From Patescibacteria group bacterium (lineage in GTDB: Bacteria > Patescibacteriota > Minisyncoccia > Phycocordibacterales > DATDWN01): a stretch of DNA of 64,000 nucleotides. This document shows, piece after piece, positions 1 through 10,225 of this stretch. The position numbers were made by a program, and so were the translations under genes. The DNA is taken from NCBI GenBank assembly GCA_040384485.1, contig JAZKJH010000003.1, forward strand, positions 144,979 to 208,978, in the 5' to 3' direction. The notes beneath the pieces are model-generated. The model was not told the DNA's origin and made no database searches. It saw only the letters and a list, made by a program, of their open reading frames with translations. Each line of letters opens with the position of its first letter. Positions within the stretch are counted from its first letter, which is position 1.

Positions 1-167
1 TTCATATGCCAATACATATTTAAACCCATCATCATGTATATGTTTATTATAGGGTTTACTGCTAGTCCGATTATTAACCACTCTAGCAAAAATTGCGTTG
101 CATCAGCCAAAACAGCTATACATCCAAGCATTATCCATGCAATTTTACTAATTTCTCCTTTTTTCAT
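1..167 (-). CDS. Partial membrane protein (N-terminal 55 aa; runs off window), probably part of the T4SS-like cluster
   Basis: ATG at 167, 7 nt after the VirB4 stop; open to window edge: MKKGEISKIAWIMLGCIAVLADATQFLLEWLIIG... Confidence 0.7.
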   Translation of the reverse strand, partial: MKKGEISKIAWIMLGCIAVLADATQFLLEWLIIGLAVNPIINIYMMMGLNMYWHM

Positions 168-174
168 AGCGTTT

Positions 175-1989
175 TTATTTACCAGCTTGCTCTAGCTCGT
201 CCTTAGCTTTTTTAATAGACAGTATTTGAGATGGGTCAGAGGTAATAATCTGTTCCTCTGTGTAAGAGGCTATGATTTTTACAGCAACATGTTTTAATCC
301 AGCAAAGAAAATACCCTCCCCTACATCCGATTCCAGTAACAGATATTTTTCCTCATCTGTTAAGTTAAAGGTTTGTTGGAGCTTGTCTATTGAGGTCGGC
401 GACTGTTTCAAAAGGATTTGAATAGAAGAGTTGGTGATAATAGGAACTCCATATGGTGACTTCATAAAGTCGTCCACATCTTGAGTGATGGTGGCAAGTC
501 CTAAGTAGTATTTTCTTCCTCTTTTTGCAAGAGAAAGCAAGAAAGATGCTGTATCTTCTGACTTCATCATCCACCAAGCCTCATCAATTACCAAAAGGCG
601 CTTCTTTAGTTTCTTTCGAACCATATTCCATATATAGTGCATAACTATATACATCGCCACCGGCTTAAGCTCATCCTCCATGTCTCGAAGTGAGAAAACT
701 ACAAATTTTTTGTTGATGTCTACGTTTGATGGTTTGTTTATGAAACCTGCCCAGGTACCTCTAGTGTATTTGGTCAGTCTTTGTGCCAATGAGTCCCCAC
801 CCTCCATTCCTGAAAGTACCAGTTCGAAGTCAGACATAAGTGGTGGTTCTATGTTAGAAAAGTTTGAGTCCGCAGTGATATCCTTTAACGCATAGGTTTC
901 AGTAATAGCTCGATCAATTATCGCGTCTTCTTCTGGAGTTAATCCTCCCATCATGATGCGGAATAGACCCACCAGGTTTATGATGTTTGAGCGAAGTACA
1001 CTAGAGAAAGACTCCCCTTCTCCTGGAGGAGGAAGTTCAAAAGGGTTTATGTGGTGTTCAGAGTTTAGAGATATATTAAAATATCTACCCCCAACTGTTT
1101 CTGCCAAGTATTCATATTCTTTTTCTGGGTCTAGAACTATCACATCTGTATCGAACATAAGAGTACGAAGGATTTCCAGTTTTGTTCCAAAAGATTTACC
1201 TGCACCTGATTTTGCAAAAGTAATAGAGTTGTAGTTTTCTAGTGAAAAACGGTCGAATAGAACCAAGGATGAGTTGTGGCGGTTTATTCCATACAAAATA
1301 CCCTTGTCTGACGTAAGGTCGAAAGATACAAATGGAAACAAAGAAGAAAGAGGTGAAGAGTTTAACTTGCTGTATACCTGCAACTCGTCTGTACCTATTG
1401 GCATAGTAGTTTTGAAAGCCTGTTCTTGTTGAAAAAGCGCTGGTTTTATATAAATAAGCTTAGCTTCAAGAATGGATTTTATCTCTGATTCGGTCTTATC
1501 TAACTCGTTGTCGGATTCTCCATAGATAGTGATATATAACCCCACATCAAAAAGTTTTTCTTGGGCCTGTTGTAGCTGGTCTCGCAAACCCTCTAAGTCT
1601 TGGTAGGCGGTGTCTAGCATAGGGTTTCGTACCAAACCCTTCGCTTCCCTAGCGTTTATCTGGCTCTGGACCTCCGCAACTTTCTTCTGAAAAGTTCTTA
1701 AAACTTGTGACGTTTCTATTGGTTGGACAAAAATAGAAACATCAAATATTTTGTCCAAGTTAATTATAGGAGAAAACCAATTTTCAGAAAGAAATCTAGG
1801 GTAAGAAATAACAAAGAAACTTCGGAGTATCTTTTCTCCAAGATTTATTTCTTTTGGTGTTACCTCTATAGCGCTGGGAGCAATGATATCTTTGAGTTCA
1901 AGATTCTGCGAATCATAGACCTCTTGTGGAAGTATGGTTGAGATATCTTGCTCTTTTGCTTTTGGTGATAAAAAGTCTAATAGTCCCAT
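175..1989 (-). CDS. virB4: VirB4/TraC-family ATPase of CPR T4SS-like system
   Basis: Walker A AKSGAGKS, LDPEKEY, Walker B VIDEAW, KRGRKY and TQD motifs typical of VirB4. Confidence 0.9.
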   Translation of the reverse strand: MGLLDFLSPKAKEQDISTILPQEVYDSQNLELKDIIAPSAIEVTPKEINLGEKILRSFFVISYPRFLSENWFSPIINLDKIFDVSIFVQPIETSQVLRTFQKKVAEVQSQINAREAKGLVRNPMLDTAYQDLEGLRDQLQQAQEKLFDVGLYITIYGESDNELDKTESEIKSILEAKLIYIKPALFQQEQAFKTTMPIGTDELQVYSKLNSSPLSSLFPFVSFDLTSDKGILYGINRHNSSLVLFDRFSLENYNSITFAKSGAGKSFGTKLEILRTLMFDTDVIVLDPEKEYEYLAETVGGRYFNISLNSEHHINPFELPPPGEGESFSSVLRSNIINLVGLFRIMMGGLTPEEDAIIDRAITETYALKDITADSNFSNIEPPLMSDFELVLSGMEGGDSLAQRLTKYTRGTWAGFINKPSNVDINKKFVVFSLRDMEDELKPVAMYIVMHYIWNMVRKKLKKRLLVIDEAWWMMKSEDTASFLLSLAKRGRKYYLGLATITQDVDDFMKSPYGVPIITNSSIQILLKQSPTSIDKLQQTFNLTDEEKYLLLESDVGEGIFFAGLKHVAVKIIASYTEEQIITSDPSQILSIKKAKDELEQAGK

Positions 1990-1990
1990 G

Positions 1991-2632
1991 TTAATTTGTT
2001 TTAATTGGCTTTTCTGTGTCCCCAGGATTGAAGAGTTTATAGAATAATTCTATCACCTCTTCTGTCCCGAGTCGTATAACTCGTATTCCACAACGAGATA
2101 GACCCTGCTCAACTACTGCTACTCTCTGTTCCAACTGAGTCCGGTTTTCTTCAAAGTTTGCTCGTTTGTTTTCCGCTTCCTCCGAACTACTTTTCTTTTT
2201 TAACATACTAAAAGGGCTACCACCCTTTTTTACATTTACAATAGCTGGGTCATATGAAACCACAACAAAAAAACTTTTTGTCATTATGTTGGTTGACTCA
2301 GTAAACTTCTTGACGAATTCTATGTATTCCCTGGTTTGGATTTTCATCAGCTCATTCATTTGTTCTTTGTAACGGTCCTCAAGTAGGGCTATGTAAGGCC
2401 GTATATCCAGTCGTCGTGACTCAACTACTATTTGGATAGGAAAATCTAGAGAGTTGAGAAAATCCTGATATTGCATAATAATCGCATTTCTTTCATCCTC
2501 AGATTTCAAGCTAAAGTTCAAAGATGATGCGAGCACCACCCCACGCATTGAACCATCTTTTAAAACAACTACGCCATCGCGCACTTCTTTTATTGGAACA
2601 AAGTCTTGAGTTGCTTTGGAGGTTACTGGCAT
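1991..2632 (-). CDS. TraC/VirB4 N-terminal-like protein
   Basis: SSLNFSLKSEDE...FLNSLDFPIQI..SRRLDI motif; directly upstream of VirB4. Confidence 0.75.
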   Translation of the reverse strand: MPVTSKATQDFVPIKEVRDGVVVLKDGSMRGVVLASSLNFSLKSEDERNAIIMQYQDFLNSLDFPIQIVVESRRLDIRPYIALLEDRYKEQMNELMKIQTREYIEFVKKFTESTNIMTKSFFVVVSYDPAIVNVKKGGSPFSMLKKKSSSEEAENKRANFEENRTQLEQRVAVVEQGLSRCGIRVIRLGTEEVIELFYKLFNPGDTEKPIKTN

Positions 2633-2699
2633 GTTTTTATTATAACACAGTAAAAATTTCTACTTCCTGATTTATAAACAAAAATTCAATTTAAAGTCT

Positions 2700-3134
2700 T
2701 TATTTAGTGGTTTTTCCACCATCCTTTGTTAGTGGGTTAAGGTTTTCGTTTATATCCAATGACCATGAAAGCTCTTTTAATTTACTATCAGAAAGTCTAG
2801 GAACGTAAACTTGGCTGTAGTTCTCCTCCACTTTTTTTACAGTTTCAATTTTTTTCTCCTGTTTTTTCCAAATATATAAGTTATTTTTAGTATAAAAAGT
2901 AAAAGCTGACTCTAGAAAGTCTATAAAAGGCTTGTTGTTTATCCTGTAGAATGCCAATGCTAGTGATAACGGAGCTATTATAGCGACAAGGATGATTGCT
3001 ATAAACAAAGGAAAAAAAGAATACATAATAAATGACATACCTGCTCCACCAACTAAGTACACAAACTGTTTTACAGTTAGTGGTCCTATCACCTTATCTT
3101 CTATTTCTATAAATTGTGGGACTTGGTATCGCAT
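2700..3134 (-). CDS. PrgI-family (VirB3-like) membrane protein
   Basis: VPQFIEIEDKVIGPLTVKQF motif followed by two TM segments. Confidence 0.85.
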   Translation of the reverse strand: MRYQVPQFIEIEDKVIGPLTVKQFVYLVGGAGMSFIMYSFFPLFIAIILVAIIAPLSLALAFYRINNKPFIDFLESAFTFYTKNNLYIWKKQEKKIETVKKVEENYSQVYVPRLSDSKLKELSWSLDINENLNPLTKDGGKTTK

Positions 3135-3146
3135 TTTTTCAAATAT

Positions 3147-4145
3147 TTATTCTAATGGTTCTCTGTATGGATCCACGGCATAGCTATGGGTCGGCTTCAC
3201 AGTTTCAGCAACTTGTTTCTGTATTATAGCAGGATTTTCTATAGATTTTGTTTGTATAGGTGGAGTAGTTGTGTTTTTTGCTACTAGGTCTGGAGTAGTT
3301 TTTGGCAAAGGAACAGCTTCAGGACCAGCAGCAGGAATAACTTCATCATCGATATCTTTTGGTGCAGTAAATCTTGGAACAGGAACCGGCTGTTCTACTT
3401 TTTCTTCAATAAAATCTTTTGGTTTATAGTGAATACGATTTTCGGATGTCTTAGGTGCCTCTTGCAGTATTTTGCTTGAAGCGCTAACCATATTCTTCTC
3501 CACAAAAACAGGAGGAGTTGTTTTTTGTGGCACAAACCTTGGTGCATGATGTTTTGGTGCTACAGATACTTTTGGCTCAAGAATTTTTACACTCTCCCCC
3601 TTTTCCACCATGGGCATAATATTTGGCCTTATTTCTGGGATAGATGTAACTGGTTTTGTAATTTGAGTATGAAGTGGGGGTTTTTGTTGCTGCAGCTGTG
3701 TAGTAGGTTTTGGAGTGTTTGTTTGAGCTATGTCAGGCCTTTCAGCTACGGGACTCACCTGCTCAGTTTTTAGAAGTGGTGAGGGTTTTGAGTCCTCGCT
3801 TTCTTGGGGGGTAGGCGTTTCTGTTTTTGATGTTTTTCTTTCTACAGATTTTACGGCATATTCGAATACCCGTATTTCCAAGTCTTCAACAATCTGTTCA
3901 GATAAAAGTTTAGATATGCCTAACTCTGAAGGCATTAGTTTTATAAAATTTTCACCTTCGTCTATACCAATAAGCACAAACAGAACATTATCTGCCAGCG
4001 TTTCTGTTTGAGTGGGATTTAACGAATATTTTTTAGCGATACTCTCCGTTCTTTCTCTCCAAGATCCTTCAAAGATAAAATCCTGAACTGGTTTTGGCAG
4101 TTTTTGGAGGTAATCCGGCATGTTTTTTAGTGTTGTTTCATCCAT
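3147..4145 (-). CDS. Hypothetical protein: helical N-domain, Pro/Thr-rich linker, C-terminal DPYREP motif
   Basis: 332-aa ORF co-oriented within the cluster with 8-12 nt gaps. Confidence 0.7.
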   Translation of the reverse strand: MDETTLKNMPDYLQKLPKPVQDFIFEGSWRERTESIAKKYSLNPTQTETLADNVLFVLIGIDEGENFIKLMPSELGISKLLSEQIVEDLEIRVFEYAVKSVERKTSKTETPTPQESEDSKPSPLLKTEQVSPVAERPDIAQTNTPKPTTQLQQQKPPLHTQITKPVTSIPEIRPNIMPMVEKGESVKILEPKVSVAPKHHAPRFVPQKTTPPVFVEKNMVSASSKILQEAPKTSENRIHYKPKDFIEEKVEQPVPVPRFTAPKDIDDEVIPAAGPEAVPLPKTTPDLVAKNTTTPPIQTKSIENPAIIQKQVAETVKPTHSYAVDPYREPLE

Positions 4146-4153
4146 GTTGTATT

Positions 4154-6397
4154 TTAAGCAGTTGGTGTTGCAGGAGGGGTTTCTTTTGGTGCTGCAGCTT
4201 CTTCAGCTTTTGGCTTATCTGCATCAGACTCCTTAGCTTCTTCCTCTACTCTCTTCTTGGCCGCCTTCATGAGTTCTTCCATTGCTTTTTCTTCCTTACT
4301 CTTTCCTTGGAGAGCCTTTTTTGCAGCACTTGCAATTGCCCTTCTTTCACTCTGGTTTATTGGTGAGTTTGTAAGACCGGTTAATCCACCAATAAATTGA
4401 GCTGTACCCATAATACGTCCAGGATTAAGAGTTCTCTTTTCAACGGCTTCGACTCTATCAGTAAATACTTTCTTAAGCCTTGCAGCTTCAGATTTGTAGT
4501 TAGTTGCTTTGTTTTCCTCCGCCTTTTTAACAGCAGTCTCTGCGAGGGCAATATTTTCTCGCAATGTTTGCAAGCTATCTCTTTGTGACTTATTCCTGTT
4601 TTCTATTTGTTCTATTTGGTCTGCTATCTGCCTTCTCTCATCAGAATTTGTTGTTGATTGAAGGTTCATCCTCAACTCCTCTATTCTCGTCTCCCCTTCT
4701 TTTATAGATTTAGTTGCTGCTTTATTTTCTTCTTCCGCTTTCTTTTTTGCAGCCTCAGCAGCAGAGATTTCTGCATCAAATTTAGCCACTTCCACTTTGT
4801 CAGCGGCCTCCGCTTCCGCCTGCATATCCTCATTAGGTTTATATTTCTTAGCTGCTTCTTCAGCATCCTTTTTCTCCTTCTCCGCGATTGCCTTGAAGTT
4901 TAATTTCTTAGCGTCAGGAGCTTTGCCCATATCAACACCTGTTTGACTTATCAACGAAGACATTCCTGCTGAAGCTCTACCATCAAATGTGGCTGTTCTA
5001 GCTCTTTCTCCCCTATTCACTGTTATTTTCGCTAAGTTCCTTCCAACCAAACCTCCTGTTGCAGCTTTATCTTTCAAGTAATCACTGTTCGCTATCGCGT
5101 TACCTGCCCTTCCTATAGTGTTTCTACCAAGCGCTGCTGCACCTCCAAACACAGCTCCCCCAGCCAACTTACTTAATCGGCCAGTTGCTTGTCCAATAAG
5201 TTTTGAACCTTGGGTTGCAGAAGTTTTTGCCGTAATAAGGGTAAATATCGCTAAACCAATAATAATAGTGAAGTTAAAGAATAGAGATAGGAGGGACTGA
5301 GTTCCTATTGCCGCAGGACCTTGGGAAGCTCTAATAAAACCGTCACTAGAAAGCAGAGTAAGGACCACCCAGGTCATAAGCATAAACACTGGAGGAAAAA
5401 TGAGTTGTCCTTTCAAAGAGTCCCACCACTGGTTTGAGTAAGTTTTTATTGCTGGCAAGGCCATACCCATTATCGCAACAGGTGAAAGCATTAGTAATAC
5501 CAACAAAGTTACGTAACGGATTATAAAAAATATTGATATTGCAAAAAATACAAAAGAAGTAACTATAAACAGTATTGCACCCATAAGTTGTCCTACAAAC
5601 ACCTCCGGACCTGTACCGGCCACAGCAGCAAAAGTTTCACCTGAGTATATTTTATTCAAATCAAGTGCTTTCATGTACGCCACCGATAAACCAGAGATCG
5701 CCTCTCTGCTAGTATCACCCCCACCAGGTACAGAGAGTCTATCAGTTTCGTCCAATATGGCATTGTATAAGCCAATAGTTACTGCATTTGATGCGTCTAT
5801 CATAACTTTAGTGAAGAATAGTGAAAAGTTTACTAAGAGGGATGCAAGAACAAGAAAGCCCACAAACTTTTTCACATAATCTGTGCTAATCTGACCGATA
5901 ATCATCTGTATTCCATGCCAAACAAGCATGAATATAAAGACAATGTTTATCATGTCACGGATCAGTTTCCAGCCGGTATTTATACCTTCGAATTGATTAA
6001 TGCTGGTGGACATATCCATGATGGTTATATCCAAAACCATGTTCAATAAGCTTCCTGCCAGCCACAATATTCCAGAAGTTATACCAAGGATAAGTACACC
6101 AATACTTTCCAAGAAACAACCAAAAATCCATGTGGAAGGGCGGTAAAAAGTACAACCATCGCTAGGACCAGGCTGATTTGCCGCTCTCACCTCATTAACA
6201 GCTTCATCCGATCCGTCTTCGTCAAGTATGCATACCCAATTTGGGCCATCCAGGTCTCCATAGTTTACATATTTTCCAGGCTTGCCACCCTCGCCAGTAC
6301 AAGCCTGGCCGTTTACCTGGGCTAAGGAACTAGTAAAAGGAAAAAGTATTCCCGAAAAAACTATTCCTATAAAAATGTAACTGAAAAACTTTTTCAT
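4154..6397 (-). CDS. VirB6/TrbL-like polytopic membrane protein with C-terminal coiled coil
   Basis: Signal peptide; GWKLIRD..N, LLVNFSLFFTKVMIDASN and SPVA...WW motifs; multiple TMs; A/E/K-rich tail. Confidence 0.75.
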   Translation of the reverse strand: MKKFFSYIFIGIVFSGILFPFTSSLAQVNGQACTGEGGKPGKYVNYGDLDGPNWVCILDEDGSDEAVNEVRAANQPGPSDGCTFYRPSTWIFGCFLESIGVLILGITSGILWLAGSLLNMVLDITIMDMSTSINQFEGINTGWKLIRDMINIVFIFMLVWHGIQMIIGQISTDYVKKFVGFLVLASLLVNFSLFFTKVMIDASNAVTIGLYNAILDETDRLSVPGGGDTSREAISGLSVAYMKALDLNKIYSGETFAAVAGTGPEVFVGQLMGAILFIVTSFVFFAISIFFIIRYVTLLVLLMLSPVAIMGMALPAIKTYSNQWWDSLKGQLIFPPVFMLMTWVVLTLLSSDGFIRASQGPAAIGTQSLLSLFFNFTIIIGLAIFTLITAKTSATQGSKLIGQATGRLSKLAGGAVFGGAAALGRNTIGRAGNAIANSDYLKDKAATGGLVGRNLAKITVNRGERARTATFDGRASAGMSSLISQTGVDMGKAPDAKKLNFKAIAEKEKKDAEEAAKKYKPNEDMQAEAEAADKVEVAKFDAEISAAEAAKKKAEEENKAATKSIKEGETRIEELRMNLQSTTNSDERRQIADQIEQIENRNKSQRDSLQTLRENIALAETAVKKAEENKATNYKSEAARLKKVFTDRVEAVEKRTLNPGRIMGTAQFIGGLTGLTNSPINQSERRAIASAAKKALQGKSKEEKAMEELMKAAKKRVEEEAKESDADKPKAEEAAAPKETPPATPTA

Positions 6398-6400
6398 TTA

Positions 6401-9400
6401 TTATTTTTTACTAAAAGTTGCAACTCTCACTGTTGGGTTCCATGTGGCTACAGCATAATTTCCAGCACCATCTGTGGCTGCGTGAGGGGTGTGTGTTCTC
6501 TGATTCTCCCACAAGTTAAATTCTGATGACAGTGAGTTGTTGAATCTACCCACTACGCCATTATCGTCATGCGGTGTCACATCCGCTGCTACAGTTAAGT
6601 CCCCTGCATACCAAGAATTAAGTCCCCATGTTAATGCAGTTCTATCTGTATCAATCATTGTTACCACACCAGTAGACGATATTCTAGCTATTCCTGTTGG
6701 TAACCAATTTCGTATAAAAGTAGAAGACCCTCCAGTGAGTAGTCTTCTGTATACTTTGCTATCTGTACAGTTTGTACCTTCACATTTTTGCCATGCAATG
6801 TAGCCGTTCCCTACAGCCACTGGGTCATTGCCTACTGCAGGGCCAAGAGACTCTATTGAGTCAGTGCTTTTTTTCCATAACTTTATGTCTTCGCCGGATG
6901 ACTCCCCATCTCTAAATGCCAACCATAATGTGTTGCTACTGACTGTAAGTCTAGGGAATCCCCCAGCACCGGAATTTAGAGTAAATATTTTTTCTGTTTT
7001 TTGGTCACCGAGGTTTTTATCAAAACTAAAAAGATTAATAGCTAGATTGTTTGCACTTCGAAACGCGACATATAGTCTGTTTTGAAACCAAACAACATCA
7101 GGAAAAGAACCTACTCCCAAATCTTTATAATTTGGAGTTGAAATAGTTTGTGTCGATGCAACTGCGTTTCCTAGATTAGGAGCAAACCTTGTTATTCCAT
7201 ACTCGTAAGCTGATGTTGCAGAAAATGTTCCATCCGTGGTGTTGGCAGCTATGGTTGGCGAGAAGTTGCCGTAACCTCCTGCAAAAGCCACACCTTCAGA
7301 AACTTTTACTCCATTAGAGTTAAGTATTACAAAGGTATTTCCTGCATTGTGTGGGTTTTGCCCGATAGACGCGTACTGGTTGGACTTTGGGTTGTAAGCA
7401 AGGCTGTGCCCAGACGCTGCAGAGTTTAGGGTAATTGTCGAACCAGCCACACTACCATTACAACTAGTCATAAACTTCCCTTTTGCCCCGTTTGTTCCAG
7501 ACCAACCAACCAAGTATTTATTATTAACTGAGTTATATACAATACTCATCATTACCACAGTAGCGTTTGCTCCGGACTCTGAATACACTACAGTTTCTGG
7601 ACCAACTGTTCCTGTCAATGCATTGACAGTCCGTGCTCTGATAGAAGGGTTCCATGTAGCCGATGCTCCCGTGCCGGTGCTGTATCCTCTTTGGTATATA
7701 ACGCAGTATTCGTTCGTGCTCTCCTTTATTGCAACAGCAGGATCTCCTCTTCCATCGTCTTCAGCTACAGTAGAAAGAGAGCTTGTTAGGTTTATTCTCG
7801 GACCAACTTCTCCAGTCGTACTTATTGTTCTTAAATTAGAATGTCGTCCTGGTTTTACTGTCTGCCATACGTATACAAATTTTTTATTTTTTGAGTCGTA
7901 CTGCATAGGCGAGTTTGAATAAAACATTGAGGAGTCGTTTGGATAGCTAGTGTCAGAATGGACCAAGAAAGGACTACCAGAAAATGTTCCATCAGGGTTA
8001 ATAAAACGCCCCATAATATTTGAAGTTGTGGTTTTGTCACCATCATCCCAAGCTAACCAAACAACTAAATATTTGTTTATATCTTTTGAGTAAGCTACTT
8101 TTGGTCCTCCGGAATGCCCGCTTGTAATTGTTATTTGTCCCCCAACAGATGTTCCATCGTTGTTCATTATTTTCCCATATGTTCCGTTGGCAGATGTTCC
8201 TGCACTAACTACCAACCAGGTATTGTTGGTAGTGTTGTGTGCCAAGTTTCCACCCCAACCACCACTCGCGTTATATGAAGGAACAGTTGCTGTACCTCCC
8301 CCGCCACCACCAGGAGTGTTGGTTATCTGAATTAATTTACCATTCGAGAAAACCATTTCATTGGCAGGATTTCTTCCGATGTAAACTTTTACTGTTGCAT
8401 TTCCTACAGGAATACTGGTTGGAACTAAAGCAGTTGTTTGAGTTTTTGTGGAATTTACTGTTCCTGCAACAGACTCTCTGTTACCAGCACCATCAAAAAA
8501 CGAAACCTGATTTGTTAAGTCTGTTCCCGTTATTGTGATAGTTGTAGCTCCGGGTTTTGCAGACGAAGGCGAAACAGAGGTAATAAAAGCAGTTCCAGGG
8601 TTTGGATTGGTTTCCTCATCATCCCCACCATCTTCATCTTCTTCATCTGGTCCACCGGTACTTTCTCTACATCCACAATCATCCCCTCCACCTGCAGTAG
8701 TACAATCCATAGGAACAAATCCTTCAAAGTTTGTTTGACCCGCAGTCGCTATGGTCGCAGCTGCACCATTGATAGCGTCATACCTTTCCATGTATTCTTC
8801 TCCATCCCTCCATACAGCAATGATATCTCCCGTGGAAGGGTTATTGTTTCCATTCAGTACTTCGTCTGTGGCATTGAATCCTCTAGAAATAAGTTTTTCT
8901 TCTACAAGAGCTAGAAATCTTCTGGCATTCACTCTGCCACCCGATTCTATGTTTGGAAGGTCTGCTATGTCAGGATTTTCAGAAAGAACGGCATCCATAG
9001 CTGAACCCAAATCAGAGGCATACTTGTTTCCTGTGTCAGCACATTGACCGCCCGATGTACCAGGAACTTCATTCCCTATCCTACATCGCATAACACCAGT
9101 GTCGGGGTCAGTAAGACAAGTGAAAGTGTCCTCAGGATCGTTGACAGGCATTCTAATTGGTTGAGGTTCAGGGGCGTTTTGGAAGTCATCAATAAAGGAG
9201 TTTCCAGTCGAACCTGGTTGGCTCGTTCCTCGAAGTCCTCCTCCGTTTCCACTACCACCTACAACTCGTTCTATTAGTTGTCCAACTAACGCCCCTACAA
9301 TTTCTGTTATTTCATCGGCTGCTCCAAGTCTTTCCCAAGAAGAACCTAAACTTTTAGTAAGTTGCCCGTTGATTACTGATCCAGGAGTAACAACCTCTTT

Positions 9401-10144
9401 GGCATTAGGATCTTTATAACAATCACCCACTTCGTATCCAGCTGACAATAAATTTCCATAGTAACCTCGACTATTGTCATCCCCATCGAGCATTGCTTGA
9501 GTGATTACATACTCCTTTTTACATTTCTGAAACGACAAGAAACCACCACCCTGTTCTATTTGTTTATCTTTTTCTTCACCAGCCGCACTTACTCTCAATG
9601 ATAGTGAATTTTTTGCATCAAGATATGCCCCATAAGGGTTATTTTGACTTTTTTGAGTAATCTCAAACCACCCATCCCAACCACCCTTACTAAAGTCGTT
9701 CATAAACTCTTCGTAGTTGGCTTTTATTTTACTCAAACTACAGCTGTAATTTTCGCCACTTGTTTCTGAAAGATAATTTTTAACCAAAGCAAGTCTAACT
9801 TCTGCTTTGAAAGGAGCACACAACCGGTTTAGATTTGTATTGGATAGAAAAGAAGATGCTGTCTCATCCCCAACGTCCAAGAAAAATTGTTTTGGATCAG
9901 TTACATAACTAGGGTTTCCTTGGAATCCGGAGTTAATCCAATTTACTGTTTTTGCAGTAATCATTTTAAGGACTATTTGAGCAGCTGTGTATGCCAAAAA
10001 GTCACCAAAACCTTCTTTTGGAGCCTGAAACACATCGACATATTGAGCTTCAACCTTCTTCGGAGCAAAAGAAAAAAGCAGTGAGATTATAAAAAAAGAA
10101 AGTAGGGATTTTTTCCAAAAGTTTGATTGGGCGGAAAAAGACAT
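6401..10144 (-). CDS. Large secreted multidomain protein (T4SS-associated N-domain, IPT/TIG-like domain, beta-propeller-like repeats)
   Basis: Signal peptide; WINSGFQGNPSYV and NNPYG motifs; ITSVSPSS..G.TITITGT IPT motif; repeated (V/I)AYN....YLV.W blades. Confidence 0.75.
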   Translation of the reverse strand: MSFSAQSNFWKKSLLSFFIISLLFSFAPKKVEAQYVDVFQAPKEGFGDFLAYTAAQIVLKMITAKTVNWINSGFQGNPSYVTDPKQFFLDVGDETASSFLSNTNLNRLCAPFKAEVRLALVKNYLSETSGENYSCSLSKIKANYEEFMNDFSKGGWDGWFEITQKSQNNPYGAYLDAKNSLSLRVSAAGEEKDKQIEQGGGFLSFQKCKKEYVITQAMLDGDDNSRGYYGNLLSAGYEVGDCYKDPNAKEVVTPGSVINGQLTKSLGSSWERLGAADEITEIVGALVGQLIERVVGGSGNGGGLRGTSQPGSTGNSFIDDFQNAPEPQPIRMPVNDPEDTFTCLTDPDTGVMRCRIGNEVPGTSGGQCADTGNKYASDLGSAMDAVLSENPDIADLPNIESGGRVNARRFLALVEEKLISRGFNATDEVLNGNNNPSTGDIIAVWRDGEEYMERYDAINGAAATIATAGQTNFEGFVPMDCTTAGGGDDCGCRESTGGPDEEDEDGGDDEETNPNPGTAFITSVSPSSAKPGATTITITGTDLTNQVSFFDGAGNRESVAGTVNSTKTQTTALVPTSIPVGNATVKVYIGRNPANEMVFSNGKLIQITNTPGGGGGGTATVPSYNASGGWGGNLAHNTTNNTWLVVSAGTSANGTYGKIMNNDGTSVGGQITITSGHSGGPKVAYSKDINKYLVVWLAWDDGDKTTTSNIMGRFINPDGTFSGSPFLVHSDTSYPNDSSMFYSNSPMQYDSKNKKFVYVWQTVKPGRHSNLRTISTTGEVGPRINLTSSLSTVAEDDGRGDPAVAIKESTNEYCVIYQRGYSTGTGASATWNPSIRARTVNALTGTVGPETVVYSESGANATVVMMSIVYNSVNNKYLVGWSGTNGAKGKFMTSCNGSVAGSTITLNSAASGHSLAYNPKSNQYASIGQNPHNAGNTFVILNSNGVKVSEGVAFAGGYGNFSPTIAANTTDGTFSATSAYEYGITRFAPNLGNAVASTQTISTPNYKDLGVGSFPDVVWFQNRLYVAFRSANNLAINLFSFDKNLGDQKTEKIFTLNSGAGGFPRLTVSSNTLWLAFRDGESSGEDIKLWKKSTDSIESLGPAVGNDPVAVGNGYIAWQKCEGTNCTDSKVYRRLLTGGSSTFIRNWLPTGIARISSTGVVTMIDTDRTALTWGLNSWYAGDLTVAADVTPHDDNGVVGRFNNSLSSEFNLWENQRTHTPHAATDGAGNYAVATWNPTVRVATFSKK

Positions 10145-10225
10145 AATTATGTCTTTTATTATACACCAACTCGACTTGTTAACACTAGAGTTTGTGTTGA
10201 AAAGTTTTACTGAAACAAACGGTTG

